Below, piece after piece: positions 52,850 through 62,499 of a stretch of DNA of 64,000 bases. A program made the translations under genes and the position numbers. The notes under the pieces are model-generated. The model saw only the letters and a program-made list of their open reading frames with translations, did not search any database and was not told the DNA's origin. Positions within the stretch are counted from its first letter, which is position 1; every line of letters begins with the position of its first letter. Source of the stretch: an uncultured Bacteroidota bacterium (GTDB lineage: Bacteria > Bacteroidota > Bacteroidia > AKYH767-A > JABDAW01); contig CAIMUP010000013.1 in the NCBI GenBank assembly GCA_903844645.1, positions 1,428 to 65,427 of the forward strand. The letters run 5' to 3'.

Positions 52850-53853
52850 AGAAAGTTCTGATTACTGGTGCTAGCGGCTTTGTTGGTAGCTTCTTGGTGG
52901 AAGATGCCTTAAAAAAAGGCTACGAAGTATATGCCGGAATCCGCGGAAGTAGCAGCCGCAAGTATCTTCCTGATGAACGGATTAAATTTTTATCTCTCGA
53001 CTTCGGGAATACCAATCATCTTACCAAAAGTCTTGACGATTTTGCCCAAGAAAATAACGGCGGTTTCGATTTTATTATTCACGGAGCGGGGATTACGAAG
53101 GCAAATAATATTCAGCATTATTACGATGTCAATTATCTTAATACAAAACATTTTGTCGAAGCATTAATTACCACAAAAACGATCCCGAAAAAGTTTATTC
53201 AGGTAAGTTCGCTCGCCGCTTTTGGTCCGGGCAATCCAAAAACATTAGAGCCGATCAATCATACTCATAAGCCGATGCCGGTAAGTAGTTACGGAAAGAG
53301 TAAATTAGTTGCCGAAGAATATTTTGCTACTCTGAATGACTTTCCTTTTATTATTTTTCGCCCCACGACGGTATATGGTCCGAGGGAGCGGGATCTTTTC
53401 ACGGTTTTCCAGATGGTAAATAATGGTTTTGAATTCTATATCGGGAGGAAACCACAGCATCTTACCTTTATTTATGTCAAGGATTTGGTAACGCTGATGC
53501 TGGATTCGTTGGAGAGGGATATTATTAACAAATCGTACTTTGTTTCGGACGGAAAAAGCTATGAATCGAGCCTGTTGAATACTTATATTAAGCAGGGGCT
53601 GAATAAAAAAACCATCAAACTTACGATGCCGGTCGCGGTGGTGAAGGCTTTGGCGTTTACTTTAGAGAAAAGTTTCGGGTTATTTAATCAAATTCCGACC
53701 TTAAATAGTGAGCGGGTGAAAGAATTTGAGAGTACGAATTGGAAAGTATTCACGGATGACCTTTTCTTAGACTTCAATTTCAAACCGGAGTATGATTTGG
53801 AGCGGGGCGTGATGGAAACCATCGCCTGGTATAAGCAAGAAAAGTGGTTGTAA
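52846..53853 (+). CDS. NAD-dependent epimerase/dehydratase family (extended SDR) reductase
   Basis: N-terminal 'KVLITGASGFVGSFLVE' Rossmann motif; 'SSYGKSK' YxxxK catalytic dyad; overlaps the upstream gene by 4 bp (ATGA). Confidence 0.85.
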   Translation: MKKVLITGASGFVGSFLVEDALKKGYEVYAGIRGSSSRKYLPDERIKFLSLDFGNTNHLTKSLDDFAQENNGGFDFIIHGAGITKANNIQHYYDVNYLNTKHFVEALITTKTIPKKFIQVSSLAAFGPGNPKTLEPINHTHKPMPVSSYGKSKLVAEEYFATLNDFPFIIFRPTTVYGPRERDLFTVFQMVNNGFEFYIGRKPQHLTFIYVKDLVTLMLDSLERDIINKSYFVSDGKSYESSLLNTYIKQGLNKKTIKLTMPVAVVKALAFTLEKSFGLFNQIPTLNSERVKEFESTNWKVFTDDLFLDFNFKPEYDLERGVMETIAWYKQEKWL

Positions 53854-54368
53854 GTCATTTTGAGCCAAAACGGTACCTATTTACTGAAATTCGGTAAGGT
53901 TTTCCCGATATTCTCTGCATAATCCTACGATATTACCTTGATATTTGATTATATATCGAAGGAAATCTCTCATAAATAATCCCAAAAAAGACTTATTTAC
54001 TAAGAATGGTCTATACTTTTATCCAGCGAAACGATGGTTTCATCGGGCTAAACCATAGTTTAAACAGATATTAGACCTCTTTCATTGTTGTCTTTTCAAT
54101 GATCGTATAACAATCTCGGAGGGACGGCATCTTTTTTTATTCGGTAGTAAACGATGATTTATAATAGAGGTCTATTCTTGGGAATAACTATCTAAATCGT
54201 GTGAAATGTGATCTTATACAGGCAGTTTCGGTAGTAAATAGGGGTAGTAATGATCTCGTCCAGAGGGTATTTAATAGTGTTTGGAAGGGTTCTTTAGGTA
54301 ATAATAATGAATGTGTACATACATTTTGTTCGGTGTATATGCCGCCGAGTTATTACAATATAAATTAT

Positions 54369-54775
54369 CCGTCATCATATATGAAAACGGACAATCGTAA
54401 TAGTTATTATTGTATTAACTATTGTAATTATTGCTTTAGCAATAGTAAATATGACCATAACGATACCTTGGGCGATATTTTCTATCGTTACTGCAATAAT
54501 AACATATGTAAAAGGTATCCTTAGGATACCAATTATACGTTTTCATATATGATGACGGACGAAAAGGATAGTAAAAGCTGTTATCACGATAGTTATTGTT
54601 GTTATCACAATGGTAAAAGCGGTTATCACAATAGTTATTGCTGTTATCACAATAGTTATTGTAGTTATCACAATAGTTATTGCAGCTATTACAATTGTAA
54701 AAGCAGTTATTATAATAGCTATAACAGTATTCACGATAGCGATGACAAAAACTGTAAGTACATTCATTAGTAATA
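54369..54775. repeat. AT-rich degenerate 21-bp phased repeats (GTTATCACAATAGTTATTGCT-like) with a 21-bp inverted-repeat pair and a central 17-bp palindrome
   Basis: CCGTCATCATATATGAAAACG at 54369-54389 is the exact reverse complement of 54538-54558; palindrome GGTATCCTTAGGATACC at 54514-54530; 21-bp period clearest at 54579-54720. No convincing CDS lies between 53854 and 54978. Confidence 0.8.
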
Positions 54776-54978
54776 CCATATAAATAGCACAATAGATGAA
54801 GAAATTAAAGGTAAAACGGATGGTTTATATCAGGATTAATGATGTCCCTGACACCCGAATGGTGATTCTTTCCATGTTCCTGACAGGTTTTTTCACCTGA
54901 TAGGTTTTGAGAATTGGAATTCCTATCGTTTCATCAGGTTTTGGGATTACAATTTGGAGGGAAAGGCTTCCTTTTTTA

Positions 54979-55500
54979 TCAAAGCCGATAGTAAAAGGCA
55001 AATTCGGCAGTTACCGTAATGGTTTGGAAGCTGTCGTATCCGCCAAAACCTCCCATTAAATCGACAACGATAGGAGAAGTGCCGGTATATAATTGCAAAT
55101 CCAAGCCGAGACCTGTATTATAGGTCGAATTTGTTTTAACATATCGTTGCCCGGGATAAGTTCCGTAGCCAGAGGCTGGAGTATATTCTTTTTTGTAGAA
55201 GACAGAGTTGGCAAAATAGAAGTAAAGCCCGGCATCTTTAGACTCGCGAAGCCTTTGCAATAACGTAATGCCGAAACTTACTGTAGAATTGTCGTCTTTT
55301 TGATAGTACGGAGCGAAATTGACCATCGCCCCGAAATTTTCGGGAATATATCGGTACGAAAACCCATAGCCCGTCGTGAATCCGGCACCTACGCCGACAT
55401 AATTGTTATAATGTTTTTGCCCGGTAGCATAGTCCTGCGCATGTATTTTATTAATAAAAACGATGGCGATAAGGGCGATTATCAGAAGTTTGTTTTTCAT
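54979..55500 (-). CDS. small outer-membrane beta-barrel protein (hypothetical)
   Basis: Signal peptide 'LLIIALIAIVFINKIHAQ'; 173 aa with Gly/Tyr-rich alternating strands. Confidence 0.45.
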   Translation of the reverse strand: MKNKLLIIALIAIVFINKIHAQDYATGQKHYNNYVGVGAGFTTGYGFSYRYIPENFGAMVNFAPYYQKDDNSTVSFGITLLQRLRESKDAGLYFYFANSVFYKKEYTPASGYGTYPGQRYVKTNSTYNTGLGLDLQLYTGTSPIVVDLMGGFGGYDSFQTITVTAEFAFYYRL

Positions 55501-55609
55501 GAATAATTTGGTTAGCTTGGTTCGTATTTTGAATGGTAAAACGGGGCTTGGCTATGGATTAGTATTTAATTTTATTAAATAAATACCGCCCCCTGATAAG
55601 AATATTTTA

Positions 55610-57781
55610 TTATAAGTTCTTCTGTAAATAATCTAACCACATCTGATACAAATGTTGCCTACTATTTCCTCCCGAAATGCCATGATTTTTGTTCGGATAG
55701 AAGAACGTGTCGAACTGTTTGTTAGCCTTTATCAAAGCATTGACAAACTCCATCGAGTTTTGGAAATGAACATTATCATCCGCCGTACCATGAATCAATA
55801 ATAGCTTTCCTTTTAATTTATCAGCGTAATAGATAGGGGAGTTTTCGTCATATCCTTTCGGGTTTTCTTGTGGCGTTTGCATGTATCGCTCTGTATAAAT
55901 GTTGTCATAGTATCGCCAATTCGTAACGGGGGCAACGCAGATGCCGGTTTTGAATACATCGGCACCCTTTGTCATACAAAGCGCGGTCATAAACCCACCA
56001 TAACTCCACCCTTGGATACCTATTCTGGAGGCATCTACAAAAGGAAGCATCTGGAGGAATTTAGCAGCCTCTATTTGGTCATCACTTTCCAGCTTTCCCA
56101 TGTTAAGATAAGTACATTTCTTAAACTCTTCGCCCCGATTCCCTGTTCCGCGGTTATCAACCGATACAATTATGTACCCATTGTTTGATAAAAGCTGATG
56201 CCAGAAGTAATCCCGACCGCCCCAGGAATCATTGACTGTGTTTGCACCAGGTCCGCCGTAAACAGTCATAAGAACAGGGTACTTTTTGGTAGCATCAAAG
56301 CCCTTAGGCTTAATAATCCAGGCGTTAAGGTCTACATTAATGGGAGTTTTTATAGTGATAAATTCTTTTTTCTGGATATTATAATCCTGGAGCTTTATAT
56401 TTAATTTGGCATTGTCCTCTAATGTCCGAACCGGCTTACCATCATTGGTATTTAAGGATATATATTCCGGCGAATTGGCATCGGTATGGAAGTTTATAAA
56501 GTATTTAAAATTAGAAGAGAAGTCCGCCCGATCGGTTCCCTTATAATTTGTCAGTTGTTTCTTATTCGTTCCATCGGTTTTGATAGAGAAAATATGGCGT
56601 TCCATAGGAGTCGGCTCCGCACTCTGATAATAAACCGTTTTAGTTGCTTCATCTACGCCATAAAAGTTAGTAATATCCGCCTTAGCCGTAGTAATTTTAT
56701 TCTCTAACTTACCATCCATTTTATAAAGGTATAGCTGATGGTAACCTTCCCCCTCACTCGACCAGATAAAGTGTTGCTTATCCTTCAGGAAAACCATGTT
56801 GTCGGTAATCTCTATATAGGTCTTATTCTCTTCTGTAAGTAAGATAGTCGTTCTCCCTGTATAAGCATCGGCAAGCAATAATTCCAGCTTGTTTTGATGA
56901 CGATTCATCTTATAAATACATAGCGTATTCGGGTCTTGCGTCCATTTTATTCTTGGAATATAGATGTCCGAATCCGGTCCTGTATTGAATTGGTTCGTCT
57001 TCCCAGATCTTATATCATAAACATAAATATTTACCAACGAATTTGCCTCTCCCGCCTTCGGATATTTATAGATATATTCTTCCGGGTAAAGCGAACCGTA
57101 TTTTGCTATCTGATACTGCCGAACTTTGCGTTCATCAAACCGATAAAAGGCTATAAAATTCCCATCATTATTCCAAAAAAAAGCGGGAGCAAATTCAAAT
57201 TCTTCTTCATACACCCAATCGCAAGAACCATTGATTACTTCATTCAGCTTTCCATCATACGTTACTTGCTTTTCCGAACCATTGACGAGGTCTTTTACAT
57301 AAAGATTATTATCTCTTGCAAACGCCACTTTATTTCCATCAGGAGAAAGCGAGGCATACTGCTGCTTTCCCTTGTCAGACACAGGAGTCAGGCTCTTTGC
57401 CTTACGATCATAAATATAATAAATAGCTTTATAAGAACGGCGATAAATAGCCACGACATCAGTCTTAATAATGATGCGGCTTTCGTCAGCATTAAATTGA
57501 TAATCGCCAATATTTATCTTCTCTTTTAATGATTTTTCGGAGAGAATGGTATCAACCAATTTGCCTGTTTTATATTCATACCGAAGTATCGCGCCATCGG
57601 CATAAGTAGTGTAATGCAAGCCATCTTTCATGGATGTAATTCCGTTCACAGTCTCGGCTTTGAAGGTGTTATTTTTCCATATATCATCCAGCGTGATGTC
57701 TTTTTTATTCTGCTGCGCAACGATGGTAGTACCTATAAAAAGGAACGCCATCAGTAATTTATTTTTCATATTTCTTTTCAT
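55610..57781 (-). CDS. dipeptidyl-peptidase IV (S9B prolyl oligopeptidase family)
   Basis: 723 aa; N-terminal beta-propeller; catalytic 'GWSYGG' serine nucleophile and C-terminal alpha/beta-hydrolase domain with 'DDNVHF'. Confidence 0.9.
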   Translation of the reverse strand: MKRNMKNKLLMAFLFIGTTIVAQQNKKDITLDDIWKNNTFKAETVNGITSMKDGLHYTTYADGAILRYEYKTGKLVDTILSEKSLKEKINIGDYQFNADESRIIIKTDVVAIYRRSYKAIYYIYDRKAKSLTPVSDKGKQQYASLSPDGNKVAFARDNNLYVKDLVNGSEKQVTYDGKLNEVINGSCDWVYEEEFEFAPAFFWNNDGNFIAFYRFDERKVRQYQIAKYGSLYPEEYIYKYPKAGEANSLVNIYVYDIRSGKTNQFNTGPDSDIYIPRIKWTQDPNTLCIYKMNRHQNKLELLLADAYTGRTTILLTEENKTYIEITDNMVFLKDKQHFIWSSEGEGYHQLYLYKMDGKLENKITTAKADITNFYGVDEATKTVYYQSAEPTPMERHIFSIKTDGTNKKQLTNYKGTDRADFSSNFKYFINFHTDANSPEYISLNTNDGKPVRTLEDNAKLNIKLQDYNIQKKEFITIKTPINVDLNAWIIKPKGFDATKKYPVLMTVYGGPGANTVNDSWGGRDYFWHQLLSNNGYIIVSVDNRGTGNRGEEFKKCTYLNMGKLESDDQIEAAKFLQMLPFVDASRIGIQGWSYGGFMTALCMTKGADVFKTGICVAPVTNWRYYDNIYTERYMQTPQENPKGYDENSPIYYADKLKGKLLLIHGTADDNVHFQNSMEFVNALIKANKQFDTFFYPNKNHGISGGNSRQHLYQMWLDYLQKNL

Positions 57782-58020
57782 ATAATTTGGGGCGAAATTA
57801 GTATAATTAAGGATAATAATATGATGAAGTATTTGATAAAAATAAGGATGACAAAAGGAATGCTACACGACAAATTATTTTTTCATAAACTTCAGATTCA
57901 TCTACTAAATGACTACAATTTTTATCTAATAATTTGGAGAATTAATGCCTGCAAAACGGAACAAATTAAGAGCATAAAAATGTGGCTTCTTTGGAATAAA
58001 ATTCTGAATAAGAGGGATTC

Positions 58021-58152
58021 CGACTCGGCTGCGAATGATTTCGTCGTGACTGCGACTATTTTCATCATGACTGCGACCATTTCCGACTAGATTGCGACTA
58101 TTTTCATCGTGACTGCGACCATTTCCGACTAGATTGCGACCATTTTCATCGG
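58021..58152. repeat. 21-bp tandem repeat, 6 copies (alternating TGACTGCGACCATTTCCGACT / AGATTGCGACTATTTTCATCG)
   Basis: 'TGCG' at 58030, 58051, 58072, 58093, 58114 and 58135. The array lies between the co-directional DPP-IV and TPR-membrane genes. Confidence 0.9.
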
Positions 58153-58436
58153 AAATCCTCCTATGCATGTTTTGCTTATACCAATCAACACTTTAGCTAC
58201 TTCTCAGGGCATCAAAACAGGGTTAAAACGACCAAAAACAGACTAAAAGAGGATTAAAAAGACTATTCGCGGCATGATAAAAAAAGTCCTTCTCCAACAA
58301 AGTATTTGAGACCGAAACGACGAAGAAAAGGACATCCCTCGAAACTTAACGATCCCGAATTATATCCCCATCAAGCACCCTCGGACAGGGCAAAAGTTGC
58401 CTAAATTATGGGGTGCTAAAATTACTTTTAAGAAGA

Positions 58437-60386
58437 TTATTTGCCTCCTGCCGCGGCTTGTGCTTGCTTTTCTTTGGCAAAGCAATCGTTTGCATCAACT
58501 TCATCTTTCATAAAATTATAAGTGATGCCCATCATGTGATAAGTGCTGGCGCGACTGACATTATCCTTCTCATATTTCAACGATTCGTTGAAGTTATCAA
58601 TGGCTTTTTGGTACTGCCCGAAAGTGCCGAAACAACTACCCAGATTTTTCCATGCATCAGAGTAGCGAGGGTTCCACCGAACAGCATTTTGGAAGTCATC
58701 CAAAGCCCGTTGGTACTGCCCTCCTTCAAAGAAAATCACGCCACGATTATTAAATGTTTTATCATCCGCGCGGTTGTATTTTAATGCCGAATCATAGTTC
58801 GCATAAGCGGCAACAGTGTCCCGCATTTTATGATAAATAACCGCCATATCGCGGTAAGCATCGAAGTTTTGTGGGTATAGTTGCGTAGCTATTTTTAATT
58901 CCGCAATGGCATGTTTGTAAATGGCATCTTTCTTCACGGAATCCTTCTCGTTTTTTGCATCTCTGTTCTTTAATTCAATGCCATATAGATAATGATTACG
59001 GGTACTGTTCGGACCATCCACAATGCCTGATAGATAAAGGGACATGTTATCGTACCATACCGGATTTCGCGTAACAGTTTTGAAGGAATATAAAGCCAAT
59101 ATAATGCAAGCTACTCCTATTACTTTTGAATTGGTTTTAAAGAACTCGCCAATCGAAGTATTTGCGGTAGTGATGTTCTCTGTTTTGAAAAGTTTGGTTA
59201 ATAAAAGTGCTACCACCAACGCGAATCCTAAAGAAGGCATAAAGGTTAAACGATCTGCCATTACCGTACCGATGATGACCACAATATTTGACACGATGGA
59301 GATGGTGATTAAGTAGAATAAAATGGCAAATGCGATGGTATCTTTTTCTCTTATTTTATAAACAGCATAACCAGCAATGCAGATATATACCACAACAGAT
59401 AAAAGTATACGCCAATCGGAGAGCGGCAGGAGGTTAATTTCAGAGAAAGAATAATCGTCTGAAAGGTGTATCGGGAATACAATTAAAATAAGATAACGAC
59501 CTAAGACATACATTGCATTTGGCCCGCGAATAAAGAAGTTTGGCGCACTGGCAAGTACATTATCAATGGGTAAAACAGACTTTGTATTGACAATGCCTCC
59601 TAATGCATTTCCACGTAAAGCCATATACACGAAGACGGCGAGAAAAAGAGGTAAGACGGCGGTGATATTCTTGTTTCTCGGGAGGTTTTTAAAGGTAAAT
59701 AACAAGATAGGTATGACTGCAATCATGGTTATCGCGCTTTCCTTTGCCATCATCGCTAAGAAGAATGCGAAGATAGAGAGAAAGAGTTTGGGAGTAGTGT
59801 TCTTTTCAAGATAATCCAACAACCATTGAACTGTTAATATGGAAAAGATAAGACAAAGAATTTCATCGCCGCTCTTTATATTCGCAACTACTTCGGTATG
59901 CACAGGATGCGCCATGAATAAGAGTGTTCCGATGAATGAAATGACTAAATTATTTTTGAATAATCGGGATAGGAAATTAAATAATAAGAAACCGCACAAG
60001 GCATACAAACATATATTAATAAAATGCCCGAATGCCGGAATATCAGGTGCTAATTGCCACTCTATTGCGAACATAACAAGAGATAAGGGTCTGTATAGTT
60101 CATCATTACTTGCCCAATATCCGTAGCGATAGGAGGTATGCAACAATGTTCCGATACCACTAAAGCCTTGTTGCACGACATGGTTCTCTTTTATCGTGGA
60201 ATAATCGTCTAAAGTGTAGGTATAAGGAATAGTTTGCGCATAAAGCAAGAAGCTAAACACGGCAACAATTACTCCTAATGCAAGCTTCAATTGGTTCTTG
60301 CTGGTTTTCTTTTCGGTAGTGATAGGATTAGATGTTTGTGCTAATGCTATCTTCTCTTTTTTCGTTAATTTCTTTTGTTGTGCCAT
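58437..60386 (-). CDS. polytopic membrane protein with C-terminal TPR repeats (TMTC/O-mannosyltransferase-like, DUF1736-type)
   Basis: 649 aa; about 10 N-terminal TM helices, then 5-6 TPR units ('YANYDSALKYNRADDKTFNNRGVIFFEGGQYQRALDDFQNAVRWNP'). Confidence 0.55.
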   Translation of the reverse strand: MAQQKKLTKKEKIALAQTSNPITTEKKTSKNQLKLALGVIVAVFSFLLYAQTIPYTYTLDDYSTIKENHVVQQGFSGIGTLLHTSYRYGYWASNDELYRPLSLVMFAIEWQLAPDIPAFGHFINICLYALCGFLLFNFLSRLFKNNLVISFIGTLLFMAHPVHTEVVANIKSGDEILCLIFSILTVQWLLDYLEKNTTPKLFLSIFAFFLAMMAKESAITMIAVIPILLFTFKNLPRNKNITAVLPLFLAVFVYMALRGNALGGIVNTKSVLPIDNVLASAPNFFIRGPNAMYVLGRYLILIVFPIHLSDDYSFSEINLLPLSDWRILLSVVVYICIAGYAVYKIREKDTIAFAILFYLITISIVSNIVVIIGTVMADRLTFMPSLGFALVVALLLTKLFKTENITTANTSIGEFFKTNSKVIGVACIILALYSFKTVTRNPVWYDNMSLYLSGIVDGPNSTRNHYLYGIELKNRDAKNEKDSVKKDAIYKHAIAELKIATQLYPQNFDAYRDMAVIYHKMRDTVAAYANYDSALKYNRADDKTFNNRGVIFFEGGQYQRALDDFQNAVRWNPRYSDAWKNLGSCFGTFGQYQKAIDNFNESLKYEKDNVSRASTYHMMGITYNFMKDEVDANDCFAKEKQAQAAAGGK

Positions 60387-60431
60387 AAGTTATTTGTTAT
60401 TGAAGGGGACAAAATTAAAGATTATCGGTGA

Positions 60432-61655
60432 TTACTTCTCACCTTCTAAATCATGCCCCATTTTATCCCGTTTCGTGTTGAGATAATCCTTGTTATGGAT
60501 GTTCGATTTTATTGCAATCGGTACGTTTTCCACGATCTCCAGACCATATCCTATCAAGCCCGCTCGCTTCGTCGGGTTATTCGACATTAATTTCATTTTC
60601 GTTACGCCCAAATTCCTTAATATTTGAGCACCCACCCCGTAATCCCTTTCATCCATCTTGAACCCGAGAGCAATATTTGCCTCCACCGTATCCATTCCTT
60701 CTTCTTGCAGTTTGTATGCCCTTAATTTATTCAACAATCCGATGCCCCTTCCCTCTTGATTGATGTAAACTAAAACCCCTTTCCCGGCTTCTTCAATCAT
60801 CTTCAAGGCTCTATGAAGTTGAGGTCCGCAATCGCAGCGGCAACTCCCGAAAATATCACCGGTAAGGCATGACGAATGTACCCTTACCAACACCGCTTCG
60901 TCCTTCTCCCATGTGCCTTTGATGATAGCAAGGTGCTCTTGATCGGTGTTGATTTGTTTGTAAGCGATTAACTTAAAATCGCCCCAGGCTGTCGGCAAAT
61001 TCACCGTTACTTCCTTCTCAATAAGGCTCTCTTTCGAGAGGCGGTATTTGATTAAATCCTCTATCGAAATTATCTTCAAATCGAATCGTTCGGCTATCTT
61101 GAAAAGGTTCGGCAGACGCGCCATCGTACCGTCTTCATTCATTATTTCTACCAGCACTCCCGCCGCTTCGAAGCCGGCTAAGGATGAAATATCAACCGTT
61201 GCTTCCGTATGTCCGGCTCTTCTTAAAACACCGCCATGCTTTGCTTTCAAAGGGAAAATATGTCCCGGTCTGCCCAGATCTTTTGGCATGGTTTCAGGAT
61301 TAATTAAAGCCTGAATCGTCTTGCTTCTATCGCTTGCCGAGATGCCTGTCGTGCAGCCATGTCCCAACAAATCCACCGAGATGGTGAATGGTGTTTCATG
61401 CGACGAGGTGTTCTTCGTAACCATCATATCTAATGCCAATTCCGCGCACCGTTCTTCGGTAATCGAGGCACAAATCAAGCCTCTGCCGTGGGTCGCCATA
61501 AAGTTCACAATATCAGGCGTCGCGTTGCGGGCAGCAGTTACGAAGTCGCCCTCGTTTTCGCGGTCCTCATCATCCACTACGATGATTACTTTACCTTGCC
61601 TGATGTCTTCCAGAGCCTCTTCGATGGTATTTAATTTATGTTGTACGATGTTCAT
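60432..61655 (-). CDS. ribBA: bifunctional 3,4-dihydroxy-2-butanone-4-phosphate synthase / GTP cyclohydrolase II
   Basis: N-terminal RibB region '[17 protein letters not shown]', C-terminal RibA with zinc-binding '[18 protein letters not shown]'. Confidence 0.95.
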   Translation of the reverse strand: MNIVQHKLNTIEEALEDIRQGKVIIVVDDEDRENEGDFVTAARNATPDIVNFMATHGRGLICASITEERCAELALDMMVTKNTSSHETPFTISVDLLGHGCTTGISASDRSKTIQALINPETMPKDLGRPGHIFPLKAKHGGVLRRAGHTEATVDISSLAGFEAAGVLVEIMNEDGTMARLPNLFKIAERFDLKIISIEDLIKYRLSKESLIEKEVTVNLPTAWGDFKLIAYKQINTDQEHLAIIKGTWEKDEAVLVRVHSSCLTGDIFGSCRCDCGPQLHRALKMIEEAGKGVLVYINQEGRGIGLLNKLRAYKLQEEGMDTVEANIALGFKMDERDYGVGAQILRNLGVTKMKLMSNNPTKRAGLIGYGLEIVENVPIAIKSNIHNKDYLNTKRDKMGHDLEGEK

Positions 61656-61932
61656 GGCGTGTTTTTTAATTCTATGGCGGCGAAATTAAGAAAATTGTTG
61701 GCGTTCGATTATCCGTTCTCGATCATTCGCAATCTTTATCCAAAGATACGTTTTCTCTCATCAAAAAATACTCGGATTGGTACCAAGAAAAGCATCATGC
61801 AGATACCTTCTCTCGGTATTCATTCAGGGAATCGCGATCTGTTGGTTCAAAGACTCGTTTCTTATACACAATACTGCCTCTGTTGTATTCCATTCAGCCT
61901 CCTTTTAGCTGCTAATCGCGATTCTGAAGCCA

Positions 61933-62239
61933 AAAGTCGAGATATTGAAACAATGAATCGTACCCATTAACCACTTAATTGAAGTGAAAGACTATTTTAG
62001 TATAATGAATGACTCATTAAGTATAATGAAAGACTATTTTAGTATAATGAATGACTAAAACACTAATATGAAAGACTAATTACCAGACATGAAAGACCAC
62101 TTCATGTCTGGCAATTAGTCTTTCATATTAGTGAATTAGTCTTTTACCTTAATAAAGTAGTTAATCATTATACTAAAATAGTCTTTCACTTCAATTAAGT
62201 GGTTAATGGGTACGATTCATTGTTTCAAGGTCTCGACTT
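61933..62239. repeat. about 307-bp palindromic element: 73-bp terminal inverted repeats (2 mismatches), internal 21-bp phased TGAA(A/T)GAC repeats, and a central 73-bp palindrome with a CCAGACATG...CATGTCTGG hairpin
   Basis: Left arm 61933-62008 is the reverse complement of right arm 62165-62239. Inner inverted repeat CACTAATATGAAAGACTAATT (62061-62081) pairs with AATTAGTCTTTCATATTAGTG (62113-62133). TGAA(A/T)GAC recurs every 21-22 bp, spacings read 22/21/21/21/21. Confidence 0.9.
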
Positions 62240-62499
62240 GGAATGATAAAATGGAGGAATGGCATCCGATTATCGAGGTATTTAATAAGATAGAGGCGAT
62301 GAATAATACGATAATGACGATACCGAATCATCTGATCAAGATTCCCCAATAAATACCACCGAATACCGACCGATAGGAGGCGAAATGTGAAAACAGAACC
62401 GCTATTTTCGGTACCTTTCTCGGGAATAAAAGATAATAAGTCGCGATGAACATTCTTAGATATTCATCATCTTTATCAAGCCCGAAAAAAGGGAGTATC

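Noticed and set aside
61656-61932. Possible FMN riboswitch in the ribBA leader
   Set aside because: The reverse complement has fragments (GAUUCCC ... GAGAGAAGG) but lacks the conserved GGGUGAAAUUCCC...ACCGGCGGUA...AGCCCG...AAGUCUGGAUGGGAGAAGG core in the right order. An Infernal search with RF00050 would settle it.
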